Origin: Bacillota bacterium
Lineage (GTDB): Bacteria > Bacillota > Sulfobacillia > JAJZIM01
DNA length: 64,000 nucleotides
Assembly (NCBI GenBank): GCA_021810565.1
Contig: JAJZIM010000012.1
Coordinates: 325-64,324 of the forward strand
Direction of reading: 5' to 3'
Each line of letters opens with the position of its first letter. The stretch's first letter is position 1. The notes below the pieces were generated by a model that saw nothing but the letters and a program-made list of their open reading frames with translations, was not told the DNA's origin and searched no databases. Positions 48,568-58,039 of the stretch are shown piece by piece. Both the position numbers and the translations under genes were made by a program.

Positions 48568-48827
48568 TGGTCGCTGGTCGAGCGGGGGCGTCGACCCGTG
48601 GGTGCCCCCCATGGCCGGCGACGCGCGGGAGACGTCGTCTGCGCTGCCAGGGCTCGCGAGGTTGCCCCGAGGGCCAGCGCGGGAACGGCTCGGGCCCTCA
48701 CCGCGGCAGGCCGGCGGGGTGGAGAGAGGCCGGAGCGGAGAAAGGCAGGTAGGGTGAACATGAGCGCTTCGGCGCAGGACGGGACGGCTGCAGGGGGCGG
48801 CGGGCCGGCGGGCCCCGGTCCCCGGTC

Positions 48828-50108
48828 ATGAGTACGGTGGATGGCGGCAAGGCTTCATCGGGGCGCATAGGGGTCCTACTGGTCGACGGGGACGGGTCAT
48901 GGTGCAAGCACTTCCACGAACTGCTGTCGGCGGCAGGCGGCTGCCGCCTCGTGGGAGCGGTGGCCGATCCGGGGGCGGCGGGAGCGTTGGCCTTCCGGGA
49001 GCGGCCCGCCTTGGCCTTGGTGGACCTGGGCCTGCCTGAGGGGATGGAGGCGGCGGTGGAGATCATGCGCCGCTCCCCCCGCACCGCGGTCATCGCCACC
49101 TGCGCCGCCGAGGAGTGCCCGAAGCTGTACGACACCGTCCGTCAGGCGATGCGGGCGGGCTTGCGGGACCTGGTGCCCAAGCCCTTCACCCTGGCCGAGT
49201 TTGAGCGGGTGCTGCGCCGCCATGCGACGCCGTCCCCGGTCGTAGCCGTGCCCGACGCACCGAAGGCTGGCCACCTGATCTGCGTGTTCTCCACCAAGGG
49301 TGGGGTGGGCAAGACCACCCTGGCCGCCAACCTGGCCGTGGCCTTGGCGCGGCGGGACCGCCGTCGGGTGGCCCTGCTGGATCTGGACCTGGAGTGCGGC
49401 AACGCCGCCGCCCTGTTCGGGCGGCACAGCCCGCACGCCAGCATCGTGGACCTGTGCCGGCGGACCGAGGGCATCGGAGCGGAGGCGCTGAGCCAGACGG
49501 TGGAGCGTCTGGATTGTTCCGTGGACCTGCTGGCCGCGCCACCCGGACCGGAGCAGGCCGCCCTGGTGGTGGGGGAGGCGCGGTCCGAGCCGCGGGACTA
49601 CGTGGGGGAGATCCTGGCCAGCGCCCGCGTGGCCTATCCGTGGGTGCTGGTGGACACGGCCTGCACCTTCGGGGCGGCCACCTTGGCCGCCCTGGACGCC
49701 GCGGACACGGTGCTGCTCCTCACCACCCCGGACATGCTGGCCCTGCGCAACACCGCCCGGGGCCTGGACGTGCTGCTGCGAGACCTGGAGTTCCCGGAGG
49801 GCAAGGTGCAATTGGTGCTGAACCGGTGCAACTCGGCCGTGGGCATCACCCACGCCAACATCCAGCGCGGGCTGAACTTTCCGGTGAGCTTCTCCCTGCC
49901 CTCGGATGCGGTCACCGTCATAAGCGCGGCGAACACCGGGGTGCCCTTCATGCTGAAAGGCCTGGAGCGCAACCTGTTGACGCAGCGCGTTACGGAAATC
50001 GCGGCCCGGCTGGACGGCATACAAAGGGCCGACACCCCGCAGGCCGCTTCGCCGCTGCCGGCCCGTCGACGGAAGGCCTGGCGGGCGGAACCCTTCTTCC
50101 GGAGATGA
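48828..50108 (+). CDS. CpaE/TadZ-like protein: N-terminal receiver-like domain plus a MinD/ParA-type ATPase
   Basis: The ParA/MinD-type deviant Walker A motif FSTKGGVGKTTLAANLA follows a CheY-like fold segment (IGVLLVDGD...). Confidence 0.65.
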   Translation: MSTVDGGKASSGRIGVLLVDGDGSWCKHFHELLSAAGGCRLVGAVADPGAAGALAFRERPALALVDLGLPEGMEAAVEIMRRSPRTAVIATCAAEECPKLYDTVRQAMRAGLRDLVPKPFTLAEFERVLRRHATPSPVVAVPDAPKAGHLICVFSTKGGVGKTTLAANLAVALARRDRRRVALLDLDLECGNAAALFGRHSPHASIVDLCRRTEGIGAEALSQTVERLDCSVDLLAAPPGPEQAALVVGEARSEPRDYVGEILASARVAYPWVLVDTACTFGAATLAALDAADTVLLLTTPDMLALRNTARGLDVLLRDLEFPEGKVQLVLNRCNSAVGITHANIQRGLNFPVSFSLPSDAVTVISAANTGVPFMLKGLERNLLTQRVTEIAARLDGIQRADTPQAASPLPARRRKAWRAEPFFRR

Positions 50109-50249
50109 AGCGGCCCACGGGGCGTGGGATTGCCTGCGGGCATGCAGTCTTGCGAACACGTTTTCGGAAGGTTGTATAGTAGACATGGGGTAGACTTTTA
50201 CTTTATGATTGCTGGGAGAACCCAAGCGCAAAAGCAGAAAGGGGGGAAG

Positions 50250-50275
50250 CCGAGGGGCCGGATCCGGCCCCTCGG
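50250..50275. promoter_or_regulatory. 26-nt perfect palindrome CCGAGGGGCCGGATCCGGCCCCTCGG, ending 9 nt before the start codon of the giant peptidase gene
   Basis: Read directly. It is its own reverse complement. Confidence 0.5.
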
Positions 50276-50283
50276 CAAGGCGG

Positions 50284-53200
50284 ATGGGGAGCAGATGGTG
50301 GGGAAGGTGGCTGATCCTGTCCTTGGCGGCGACGTTCCTGACGATCTCCTCGGCCTCGGTCTTGGCCGCGCCGGGAAGTTCGCGCGTGGCCTTGGGCGGC
50401 GTGCGACCGTTGGCGGTGCGCCAGGGCCTGGCGACCCGGGTGGGGGCGGTCCCCGCCGACCAGTCCATAACCTTGGTGGTCGGCCTGAAGCTGGCCCATC
50501 CCAACGCCCTGCACAGCCTGTTGGCCGCGCAGCGGGCCTCCGGGGCCGGATTTGTGACCGCCCAGCAGTTCGCCGACCGCTTCGGACCCTCCGCCGGCGC
50601 CTACCAGGCGGTGGTCTCCTTCCTACGGGGGCAGGGTTTCCAGGCGAGCACTTCGCCCAACCGGTTGCTGGTGACCGCCAGGGGCACGGTGGCCCAGGCC
50701 GAGGCCGCCTTTGCCGTGGGCCTGGCCAGCTACCGCTACCAGGGCGGCGTGTACCGGGCTCCCACCGCGACGCCGCAGATCCCCGCCTCCCTGAGCGGGA
50801 TCATCCAGTCGGTGGCCGGCCTGGACAACTTCCCGGTGTTCAAGCCGCAGTTGTCCCGCCTGAACCTGCCGCTGGGTGCAGGCGTGGCCAATTCCGTCTA
50901 CTATGGGTCGGACGGCTATACGCCCTTGGGGATCCGCACGGCCTACAATGTGCCCTCGGGCGCGGGAGCCCCCACGGGTGCCGGACAAAGCGTGGACATC
51001 GTCATCTGGGACGCCGTCAGCCCGGCGGACGTGGCAGGCTTTGACGCCGCCTACGGGCTGCCGCCGGCGGTCATCAACCAGTACCCGGTGGCTGGCACCC
51101 CCGTGGTGAACTTCAGCGACGCCACCCCCGAGGCGGACATCGACGCCGAGTGGGCGCACTCCATCGCGCCGGGGGCCACCATCAACATCTACGAGGCGGC
51201 CAACTCCGGGCTCGCCCAACTGGAGGAGGCGCTGAACGAGGCGGTGGTGCAGCATGCCGCCAACGTCTTGAACATGAGTTGGGGGGCACCGGAGAACCTG
51301 ATACCCATCAGCATCTTGGGCAGCTACGACGCGGTCATGGCCCAAGGGGCGGCCGAGGGCATGACCTTGGTGGCCGCCGCCGGGGACAACGGCGCGTACA
51401 CCGACGGCACCAGCCTCAGCGTGTCCTATCCCGCCTCGGACCCCTACGTCTTGGCGGCGGGAGGCACCACGCTGCAGATCAACGCCGACGGCACCTACAA
51501 GTCCGAGGCCACCTGGAACGGGCTGGAGAACCCCGTCGCCTGCCCCGCCTTCAGAGCTCCCGCACCGCCGCCCACCTTCGGGTACTGCGGCGATCGGGCC
51601 CACCCGCCCTACTACGACGGCGGAGGCGGCGGCTTCAGCAGCGCCTTCTCCGCCCCCAGCTACCAGGCGGCCACGGTGGACAACTACGTCTATGACGGCC
51701 AGGACTACAACCCGAGCGACATGCGGGGCATGCCCGACGTCGCCCTGAACGCGGGGGCGGGCACCGCGGGCTACGTGAACGGCTCCCTCGGCGGCTACAT
51801 CGGCACCAGCCTGGCGGCTCCCACCTGGTCGGGGATCGTCGCTCTGGCCGACCAGGAGCGCGCCGCGGCCGGTCTGCCGCCCCTGGGCAACCTGATGCCC
51901 TTTCTGTACGAGACGACGCCATCCATTGGTCAGGCGGGGGCGTCGGCGGTGCCGACACCTCCCCTGCACGACGTGACCGTGGGCGACAACAACGCCCTGG
52001 CGGCCACCGGCCCCTACTACGCCGCCGCCGGTTGGGATCCGGCCACCGGCTGGGGCAGCCCGAACGTCGCCGTGCTTCTGAGCGATCTGGCCGGGGTTAC
52101 CCTGCCCGCCAGCATCACCCTGTCGCCCACGGCCCTGGTGCCCGACTACCCGGCGCTCACCACCGTCACGGTGCAGGGGGTGGACACCCACTTCGCCGCG
52201 GGCACCACCGTGGCGGTCACCCAGGCCGGGGTGGCCGTGACCGGGGCGGTATCCAACGTCTCCGTGGTCAGCCCGACCAAACTCACTTTCCAACTGGCGG
52301 GCGGACTGCCCCAGGCCTTCTACGACGTGGCGGTCTCGGACACCACCGACGGCACCCTCACGGCACCCCTGGAGATCGGCACCGAGAGCATGGCCATCAG
52401 TCCCACCCAGGTGGCGGTGGGATACGGGGCCACCGACATCGCCATCACCGGCGACAACACCGACTTCGTGAGCGGATCCCTCACCGCCCAGGTGGTGCAG
52501 GCCGCCAACCTGGAGCAGGTCACCCAGCCGGCGGCGGTCGCCGTCAGCGGGCCGACGGCCGCCAGTTATGCCCTGCCCTTGGGGCTGCCGGTCGGCTCCT
52601 ACGACATCGTGGCCTACGACGAGAACGACGGGGTGGCGCTGCTGGCACCCTTCCAGGTGGTGGGAGTGTCCGCCGTGAGCGTGGGTGCCTTCCCGGCCAG
52701 CGTGCCGGCCAACGGCACGGCGGCATCCACCATCACGGCCAAGGTGTATGGCGCCGGGGGGGCGCCCCTTGCCGGGGTGACGGTGGACTTCGCCACGACG
52801 CTTGGCACCTTGAGCGCGACGTCGGCGACGACTGACGCCCAGGGGCAGGCCCAGGTGAGCCTAACCTCCACGGCGGCGGGCACGGCCACGGTCACCGCCA
52901 CGGCCCAGGGGGTGTCGGGCACGGCCCAGGTGACGTTCACCCCGGTGGTTTCCCAGGTCAGCGTGACGGCCTCGCCTGCCAGCGTGCCGGCCAACGGCAC
53001 GGCGGCCTCCGGCATAACGGCGACGGTGACCGACGCGGCGGGGGCGCCGCTGTCCGGGGTGACGGTGGACTTCGCCACGACGCTTGGCACCTTGAGCGCG
53101 ACGTCGGCGACGACCAACGCCCAGGGGCAGGCCCAGGTGAGCCTAACCTCCACGGCGGCGGGCACGGCCACGGTCACCGCCACGGCCCAGGGGGTGTCGG

Positions 53201-54477
53201 GCACGGCCCAGGTAACGTTCACCCCGGTGGTGTCCCAGGTGAGCGTGACGGCCTCGCCAGCCAGCGTGCCGGCCAACGGCACGGCGGCCTCCGGCATAAC
53301 GGCCACGGTGACCGACGCGGCGGGGGCGCCGCTTGCCGGGGTGACGGTGGAGTTCACCACGACCCTCGGCACCTTGAGCGCGACGTCGGCGACGACCGAC
53401 GCCGAGGGTCAGGCCCAGGTGAGCCTAACCTCCACGGCGGCGGGCACGGCCACGGTCACCGCCACGGCCCAGGGGGTGTCGGGCACGGCCCAGGTAACGT
53501 TCACCCCGGTGGTTTCCCAGGTGAGCGTGGCGGCCTCGCCAGCCAGCGTGCCGGCCAACGGCACGGCGGCCTCCGGCATAACGGCCACGGTGACCGACGC
53601 GGCGGGGGCGCCGCTTGCCGGGGTGACGGTGGACTTCACCACGACGCTTGGCACCTTGAGCGCGACGTCGGCGACGACCGACGCCGAGGGGCAGGCCCAG
53701 GTGAGCCTAACCTCCACGGCGGCGGGCACGGCCACGGTCACCGCCACGGCGCAAGGGGTGTCTGGCACGGCCCAGGTGACGTTCACCTCCGCGGTGCAGA
53801 TCGCGCCCAACGTCAAGTACCAGGTGCTGCGGCGCAGCGAGAACTGGGCGGGACTGGTGGTGGACCATCCCGGGGACACCGGAGTGAGCGCCCAATGGAA
53901 GATCCCTGCGGCTCCGGCCACCTTGGGCAGCTACGTGGCCCAGGCGGTGGGCATCGGCGGCTTCCAGACCTCCGACCTGCTGGCCGTGGGCACCCAGGAG
54001 CAAGCGGTCCAGGGACAGGCATCCTACGTGGCCTTCTGGGAGACGGCTCCGGGCAACGAGGTCGCCATCGGATCGGTCCCGGTGCACCCGGGTGACCGGG
54101 TGGCGGCTTCCCTGCACGAGGTCAGCCCCGGCCAGTGGCAGATCACCCTACGGGATCTGACCAGCGGGCAAACCTTCACCCAGGTGGTCAGCTACGACTC
54201 CAGCCGCTCCTCGGCCGAGATCCTGTTGGCCGACCCGTCCCAGGGCGGGAGCATCCTGCCCCTGGGCGACTTCGGGCGGCTGGTGTTCAGCCACGGCCAA
54301 GTGACCCGCAACGGCTCGACCCTGCCCATCCTGCTGGCAGGTGCGCTGCCGGTGGAGATGGTCAATCCGGCTAGCAAGACCTTGGAGGTGCGGATAGTGC
54401 CGCTGATCGACCGCGGCGTGGGAGCCTTCGAGGCGGTGTATCTGGCGCCCGGGACTCCTGCGGCGGCGCAGCGCTGA
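50284..54477 (+). CDS. Giant secreted multi-domain protease: signal peptide, pro-kumamolisin activation domain, sedolisin (S53) catalytic domain, about 5 tandem Big_1 Ig-like domains, and a C-terminal G1 (eqolisin-like) domain
   Basis: Signal MGSRWWGRWLILSLAATFLTISSASVLA. S53-type SGTSLAAP serine motif. The C-terminal 230 aa are a clear paralog of the 45604..46488 product (SENWAGLVV, YVAFWETAP, SAEILLADP). Confidence 0.75.
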   Translation: MGSRWWGRWLILSLAATFLTISSASVLAAPGSSRVALGGVRPLAVRQGLATRVGAVPADQSITLVVGLKLAHPNALHSLLAAQRASGAGFVTAQQFADRFGPSAGAYQAVVSFLRGQGFQASTSPNRLLVTARGTVAQAEAAFAVGLASYRYQGGVYRAPTATPQIPASLSGIIQSVAGLDNFPVFKPQLSRLNLPLGAGVANSVYYGSDGYTPLGIRTAYNVPSGAGAPTGAGQSVDIVIWDAVSPADVAGFDAAYGLPPAVINQYPVAGTPVVNFSDATPEADIDAEWAHSIAPGATINIYEAANSGLAQLEEALNEAVVQHAANVLNMSWGAPENLIPISILGSYDAVMAQGAAEGMTLVAAAGDNGAYTDGTSLSVSYPASDPYVLAAGGTTLQINADGTYKSEATWNGLENPVACPAFRAPAPPPTFGYCGDRAHPPYYDGGGGGFSSAFSAPSYQAATVDNYVYDGQDYNPSDMRGMPDVALNAGAGTAGYVNGSLGGYIGTSLAAPTWSGIVALADQERAAAGLPPLGNLMPFLYETTPSIGQAGASAVPTPPLHDVTVGDNNALAATGPYYAAAGWDPATGWGSPNVAVLLSDLAGVTLPASITLSPTALVPDYPALTTVTVQGVDTHFAAGTTVAVTQAGVAVTGAVSNVSVVSPTKLTFQLAGGLPQAFYDVAVSDTTDGTLTAPLEIGTESMAISPTQVAVGYGATDIAITGDNTDFVSGSLTAQVVQAANLEQVTQPAAVAVSGPTAASYALPLGLPVGSYDIVAYDENDGVALLAPFQVVGVSAVSVGAFPASVPANGTAASTITAKVYGAGGAPLAGVTVDFATTLGTLSATSATTDAQGQAQVSLTSTAAGTATVTATAQGVSGTAQVTFTPVVSQVSVTASPASVPANGTAASGITATVTDAAGAPLSGVTVDFATTLGTLSATSATTNAQGQAQVSLTSTAAGTATVTATAQGVSGTAQVTFTPVVSQVSVTASPASVPANGTAASGITATVTDAAGAPLAGVTVEFTTTLGTLSATSATTDAEGQAQVSLTSTAAGTATVTATAQGVSGTAQVTFTPVVSQVSVAASPASVPANGTAASGITATVTDAAGAPLAGVTVDFTTTLGTLSATSATTDAEGQAQVSLTSTAAGTATVTATAQGVSGTAQVTFTSAVQIAPNVKYQVLRRSENWAGLVVDHPGDTGVSAQWKIPAAPATLGSYVAQAVGIGGFQTSDLLAVGTQEQAVQGQASYVAFWETAPGNEVAIGSVPVHPGDRVAASLHEVSPGQWQITLRDLTSGQTFTQVVSYDSSRSSAEILLADPSQGGSILPLGDFGRLVFSHGQVTRNGSTLPILLAGALPVEMVNPASKTLEVRIVPLIDRGVGAFEAVYLAPGTPAAAQR
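52654..53790 (+). repeat. Tandem array of 297-nt repeats (about 3.8 copies, above 95% identity at nucleotide level), each encoding one Big_1 domain of the giant protease
   Basis: Period 297 is seen between 52951, 53248 and 53545, with near-identical strings such as gtgagcctaacctccacggcggcgggcacggccacggtcaccgccacggcccagggggtgtcgggcacggcccaggt. Confidence 0.75.
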
Positions 54478-54511
54478 GGCAGTAAAGGCGAGGTAGGGGA
54501 GGGGGAGAAGG

Positions 54512-57121
54512 ATGCGGCTTAGATGGGGCGCGGGACGCGGGTTGTACCTCCTGTCGGCACTGTTGCTGGTGGCCGGGTGCAGCGCCTCGCCGCCCTCATC
54601 GGGTAGCTCCTTCTCCCGGGTTCCCTCTTCGGCCGCCAGCGGTTCCACGGTGGCCTCCCGGGTGTATGCCGATGTCTATGCTCCCATTCCTGGGTTGGCG
54701 GTAAGCGTGGGTTACGCGGATACCCTGCGCGCCAGCAATCCTCCAAATTTTCCGAATCCGTGGTATAATAGCCCGGGAGTGAACTTCATCGGCGCCGGTG
54801 GGCCTTGGGATGCGGGAGCGATTATGCTGCAAAACACCACCGCCACGCCCATCTCCGTCGCCAACGTGACGGTGACCCTGCCGGGTCCCCGGGGGGATAT
54901 AACCCCCGGCACGTCGGCCACGAGTTCCCTGTGGGGCTCCTTCACCATCCCTGCCGGTCAGGCGGCCATCTTGACGCAGACGGCGGGGGGCACCGGCAGC
55001 GCCGACAACTTCGACACCAGCGACCTGCCGCTGATTTCCACCTGCGGCCCGCCGGTAGCCTCCGACTTCTACCCGCCCCAGATCACCATCACCGCCGGCA
55101 GCGGAATGACCGCCACCTATGGGGACACGGGCCACGTCCTGGACACCGGAGGTTTCGACGGGGCCTGCGCCGGGGACGAGTCCCACCCGTGGACGCTCCT
55201 CACCACCGTGACGGCCTCGCCCTTCGACGCCGGGGGCCAGTGGTCGGTGACCGGCACGGTCACCTCCGGCCCGCAGGCGGGCTTGAGCGGAGGCGGCACC
55301 CTGGTCATCGATCAGGTGTACGGCGCCTCGCAGTTCACCGGGTCCTTCACCTTGCAGACCACGGCGGGGACGGTGTCCGGGAACATCGAGGACGGCACGG
55401 TCAGCGCTGATACCCTGCAGTTTCTGGCCGTGGCGGGCACGCTGCAGGACCAGGTGACGGTGGATTTGAGCACGGCGGGGGTTACCCAGATGGCGGGCAC
55501 CTGGCAGGACAGCCTGGGGAACCGGGGGACCATGGTGGCCACCCGCTCACTGCGGCTGAGCCTTGCCGCATCCACTGCCAGCGCCCAGGTGGAGCAGGCA
55601 GTGTACCTCACGGCGAAGCTGACGGATGCCGGAGGCTATCCCATCGGGGGACAGCCGGTGGACCTGCGGGTGATCTACGCTAGCGATGCGGGGGTAGGCC
55701 TCAGCGCGCAGACGCTGCTTACCGATGCCTCCGGTGAGGGAGTGTTCACGGTCACCAACGACCTCCCGGGAACGGTCACCCTCCAAGCCCTGTATCCAGG
55801 CCTTGCCGCCGCGACCACGGTCACCTGGTCCGGGGAGGTGGTGATCTCCCGGGTGCTACTCACCGCGTCACCGAGTTTTATCCCGGCCGACGGCCTCACC
55901 CCGGCCACCCTGACCGCCACGGTGTACGGGGGGAGCGGTCAGCCGTTGAAGGGGATTCCGGTGACCTTCACCTCCACCTTGGGGGTGCTGTCCAGCAGCC
56001 TGACCTCGGAGCAATTCACCAATGCAGCGGGGGAGGCCGGCGACGAACTGACCACCGGGCAGGTGGGGCAGGCGACGGTCACCGTGAGCGTGTACAACGG
56101 GCCCAGCCGGATCGTGCGCTTCGTGGCGGCCACGCCGGGGACCCTCCTGTCCGCCCAGGCCATCATCAACTGCGTGGGGCCGACCCAGTCATATTATGTC
56201 CCCCATACGTGGGGCAACCCTATCGGCTTCGGTCCCAACTCCATCGAGGCGTACAAGGTCGGCGCCGGGGACCTGCAGTTGTATTTCTCCGGCACCCGAC
56301 CGTTCATCGTCCTGGACTTCGGACGCCAAGCCCAAAACGCGGCGGGGCAATGGGAAGTGATATTGCCGAAGACCAAAAATTTGGCCCAGTCTCAGGCCTG
56401 GGTGGAGAAGGTGGCTGAGGCCTTCGTGGTGGGCTACGACAGCGCCGCCAACGCTGGCGGGAACGGCGCGGACTGGAGATGCACGGTGGTGGTGGGCACC
56501 AACAATAGCGACTACCCGTGGTCCGATACCGCGGGCGCCATCTCGCCGCTTTGGGCGCAGGCCGGGGCGGACTGGGCCGACATGGTCAATGCGATCCGCA
56601 CCCAGGTGGGGAAGATCCCGGGCAACGTGTGCAAGGTGGAGGGTGGCAGCGACATCGAGTCCTGGCTGGGGACACCGGGCTTCGGAAGCTGGGTGGCCAC
56701 CGGAGCCGCCACGGAGCAGTGGGTTAGCGCCTACAATTGGGCATTCAAAGGGAGCCTGATGGTGGACTACGGCAGCGATGGGTACGCCGAGGACTCCGGA
56801 GAGTGGACCACCACCCAGACGATGGCCGTGGCGGACGGATACGATTTGGTATCCCTGGATAGCTTCAACAGCCAGGGGCTGTGCAATTACTGCAAAGACG
56901 TTGCCCTGCCGGAGATCTATTATCCAGGTCAAGCATCGGAGTGGGTATACCTGTGTGAGCAATTCTACGAGCCGTTGTTAGGAGATTATCCCTATATATG
57001 GGGGGTGACATCAGAAAACGGCTGGGACGGCTCCTTGGCGTGGGGTAGGTCATGGCAGGCTCTGTATGACGACTTCAGCGAGGTGTGGCATCCGGTAGAT
57101 GGACGCATCACGATTATTTAG
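54512..57121 (+). CDS. Surface lipoprotein with Big_1 (invasin-like Ig) domains and a roughly 330-aa C-terminal domain of unknown function. This is the full-length member of the repeat family.
   Basis: Lipobox LLVAGCSAS. The middle 420 aa correspond to repeat segment A. Confidence 0.7.
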   Translation: MRLRWGAGRGLYLLSALLLVAGCSASPPSSGSSFSRVPSSAASGSTVASRVYADVYAPIPGLAVSVGYADTLRASNPPNFPNPWYNSPGVNFIGAGGPWDAGAIMLQNTTATPISVANVTVTLPGPRGDITPGTSATSSLWGSFTIPAGQAAILTQTAGGTGSADNFDTSDLPLISTCGPPVASDFYPPQITITAGSGMTATYGDTGHVLDTGGFDGACAGDESHPWTLLTTVTASPFDAGGQWSVTGTVTSGPQAGLSGGGTLVIDQVYGASQFTGSFTLQTTAGTVSGNIEDGTVSADTLQFLAVAGTLQDQVTVDLSTAGVTQMAGTWQDSLGNRGTMVATRSLRLSLAASTASAQVEQAVYLTAKLTDAGGYPIGGQPVDLRVIYASDAGVGLSAQTLLTDASGEGVFTVTNDLPGTVTLQALYPGLAAATTVTWSGEVVISRVLLTASPSFIPADGLTPATLTATVYGGSGQPLKGIPVTFTSTLGVLSSSLTSEQFTNAAGEAGDELTTGQVGQATVTVSVYNGPSRIVRFVAATPGTLLSAQAIINCVGPTQSYYVPHTWGNPIGFGPNSIEAYKVGAGDLQLYFSGTRPFIVLDFGRQAQNAAGQWEVILPKTKNLAQSQAWVEKVAEAFVVGYDSAANAGGNGADWRCTVVVGTNNSDYPWSDTAGAISPLWAQAGADWADMVNAIRTQVGKIPGNVCKVEGGSDIESWLGTPGFGSWVATGAATEQWVSAYNWAFKGSLMVDYGSDGYAEDSGEWTTTQTMAVADGYDLVSLDSFNSQGLCNYCKDVALPEIYYPGQASEWVYLCEQFYEPLLGDYPYIWGVTSENGWDGSLAWGRSWQALYDDFSEVWHPVDGRITII
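54863..56128 (+). repeat. Repeat segment A (1.27 kb), near-identical at nucleotide level to 62168..63434. Its first roughly 500 nt are also near-identical to 58046..58545.
   Basis: Long stretches are identical, for example ggcccgccggt.gcctccgacttctacccgccccagatcaccatcacc. The homology has sharp boundaries. Confidence 0.8.
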
Positions 57122-57208
57122 GTACGGGATGCTGTAGACAGTAGAGGCCGACTTGGTAAGGGAAGGTGCTGAGAGAAAATATGATGGCGAAAGGCAGGTG
57201 CCCAATGG

Positions 57209-58039
57209 ATGCTGGCCGCTAAACATCTGATCCTGCTGGCGGCAGCAGTCGTTGTCGTGGCCGGCGGGACATGGAGGGTGGTCTCGTCGCTGAACGCTGG
57301 TCAGACGATCGGTGTCCAGGGAGGCTTCGTAACCAAGCTGCCATCTCTGAAGGGCAAGAGCCCGAAGGAGATAGAGGCGATAACGCAGAGGCTTTTGAAT
57401 GCCAACACAGCGCGGTATGTCCGCTACGCACACCTGCTAAGCAAGAAGTTTGTGGCTGAATATGGCATGCATCCAACGCCTCAGCAGGCACAATTGGCAT
57501 ACACGGCCTTTCATGCGCTGCGCGAGGAGTTGAACAAGGCCAACGAGGCGCTGAACCAGCAGATGATTGCTGCATTGCCTACTCCCAAGCCGATGACCCT
57601 CCAACAGGAGAAGGAGCAGTATGAGCGGAGGCTAAAGGCGGAACAAAAAGCAATCAAGGAGATGGAGATACCCGGACCGGCTTCCCCGCCAGGAGCGCCT
57701 CCTGGTTTTGTGAATATGATCGTTCGTGGAGGAGCTGGAAAAGACTCCAGTGAATGGAACTTAGGCTATAACCCAGCGACCAGTAACCAATTCACTGGTT
57801 ATTCAGGTCATGTCCGTGGGCATCCGCAAGAAGGAGTAATCTTCATTGTGGTGACAAGTGAAGTCCTCACGCCCCACAAATCCACACGGGGCGGGGCATG
57901 GATCGCCCCGCGTCCCATCGGAGGCATCGCCATCACCGCGGTGCATGGCAATGTGATCGACTTCGATAGTGACAGCGGCGTGACGGGCACCTTCAACATG
58001 GTCACCCACCAGTGGACCTTCAATCCAGCGCCCGGCTAG
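57209..58039 (+). CDS. Hypothetical membrane-anchored protein on a low-GC insert
   Basis: N-terminal TM segment (LILLAAAVVVVAGG). GC is around 50-55% against about 70% in the flanks. Confidence 0.4.
   Translation: MLAAKHLILLAAAVVVVAGGTWRVVSSLNAGQTIGVQGGFVTKLPSLKGKSPKEIEAITQRLLNANTARYVRYAHLLSKKFVAEYGMHPTPQQAQLAYTAFHALREELNKANEALNQQMIAALPTPKPMTLQQEKEQYERRLKAEQKAIKEMEIPGPASPPGAPPGFVNMIVRGGAGKDSSEWNLGYNPATSNQFTGYSGHVRGHPQEGVIFIVVTSEVLTPHKSTRGGAWIAPRPIGGIAITAVHGNVIDFDSDSGVTGTFNMVTHQWTFNPAPG

Noticed and set aside
48759-48831. Flp pilin gene in the tadG-cpaE spacer
   Set aside because: The only small ORF there encodes a Gly/Ala/Pro-rich 23-mer with no Flp-like hydrophobic core. It is noted only as a possible leader ORF.
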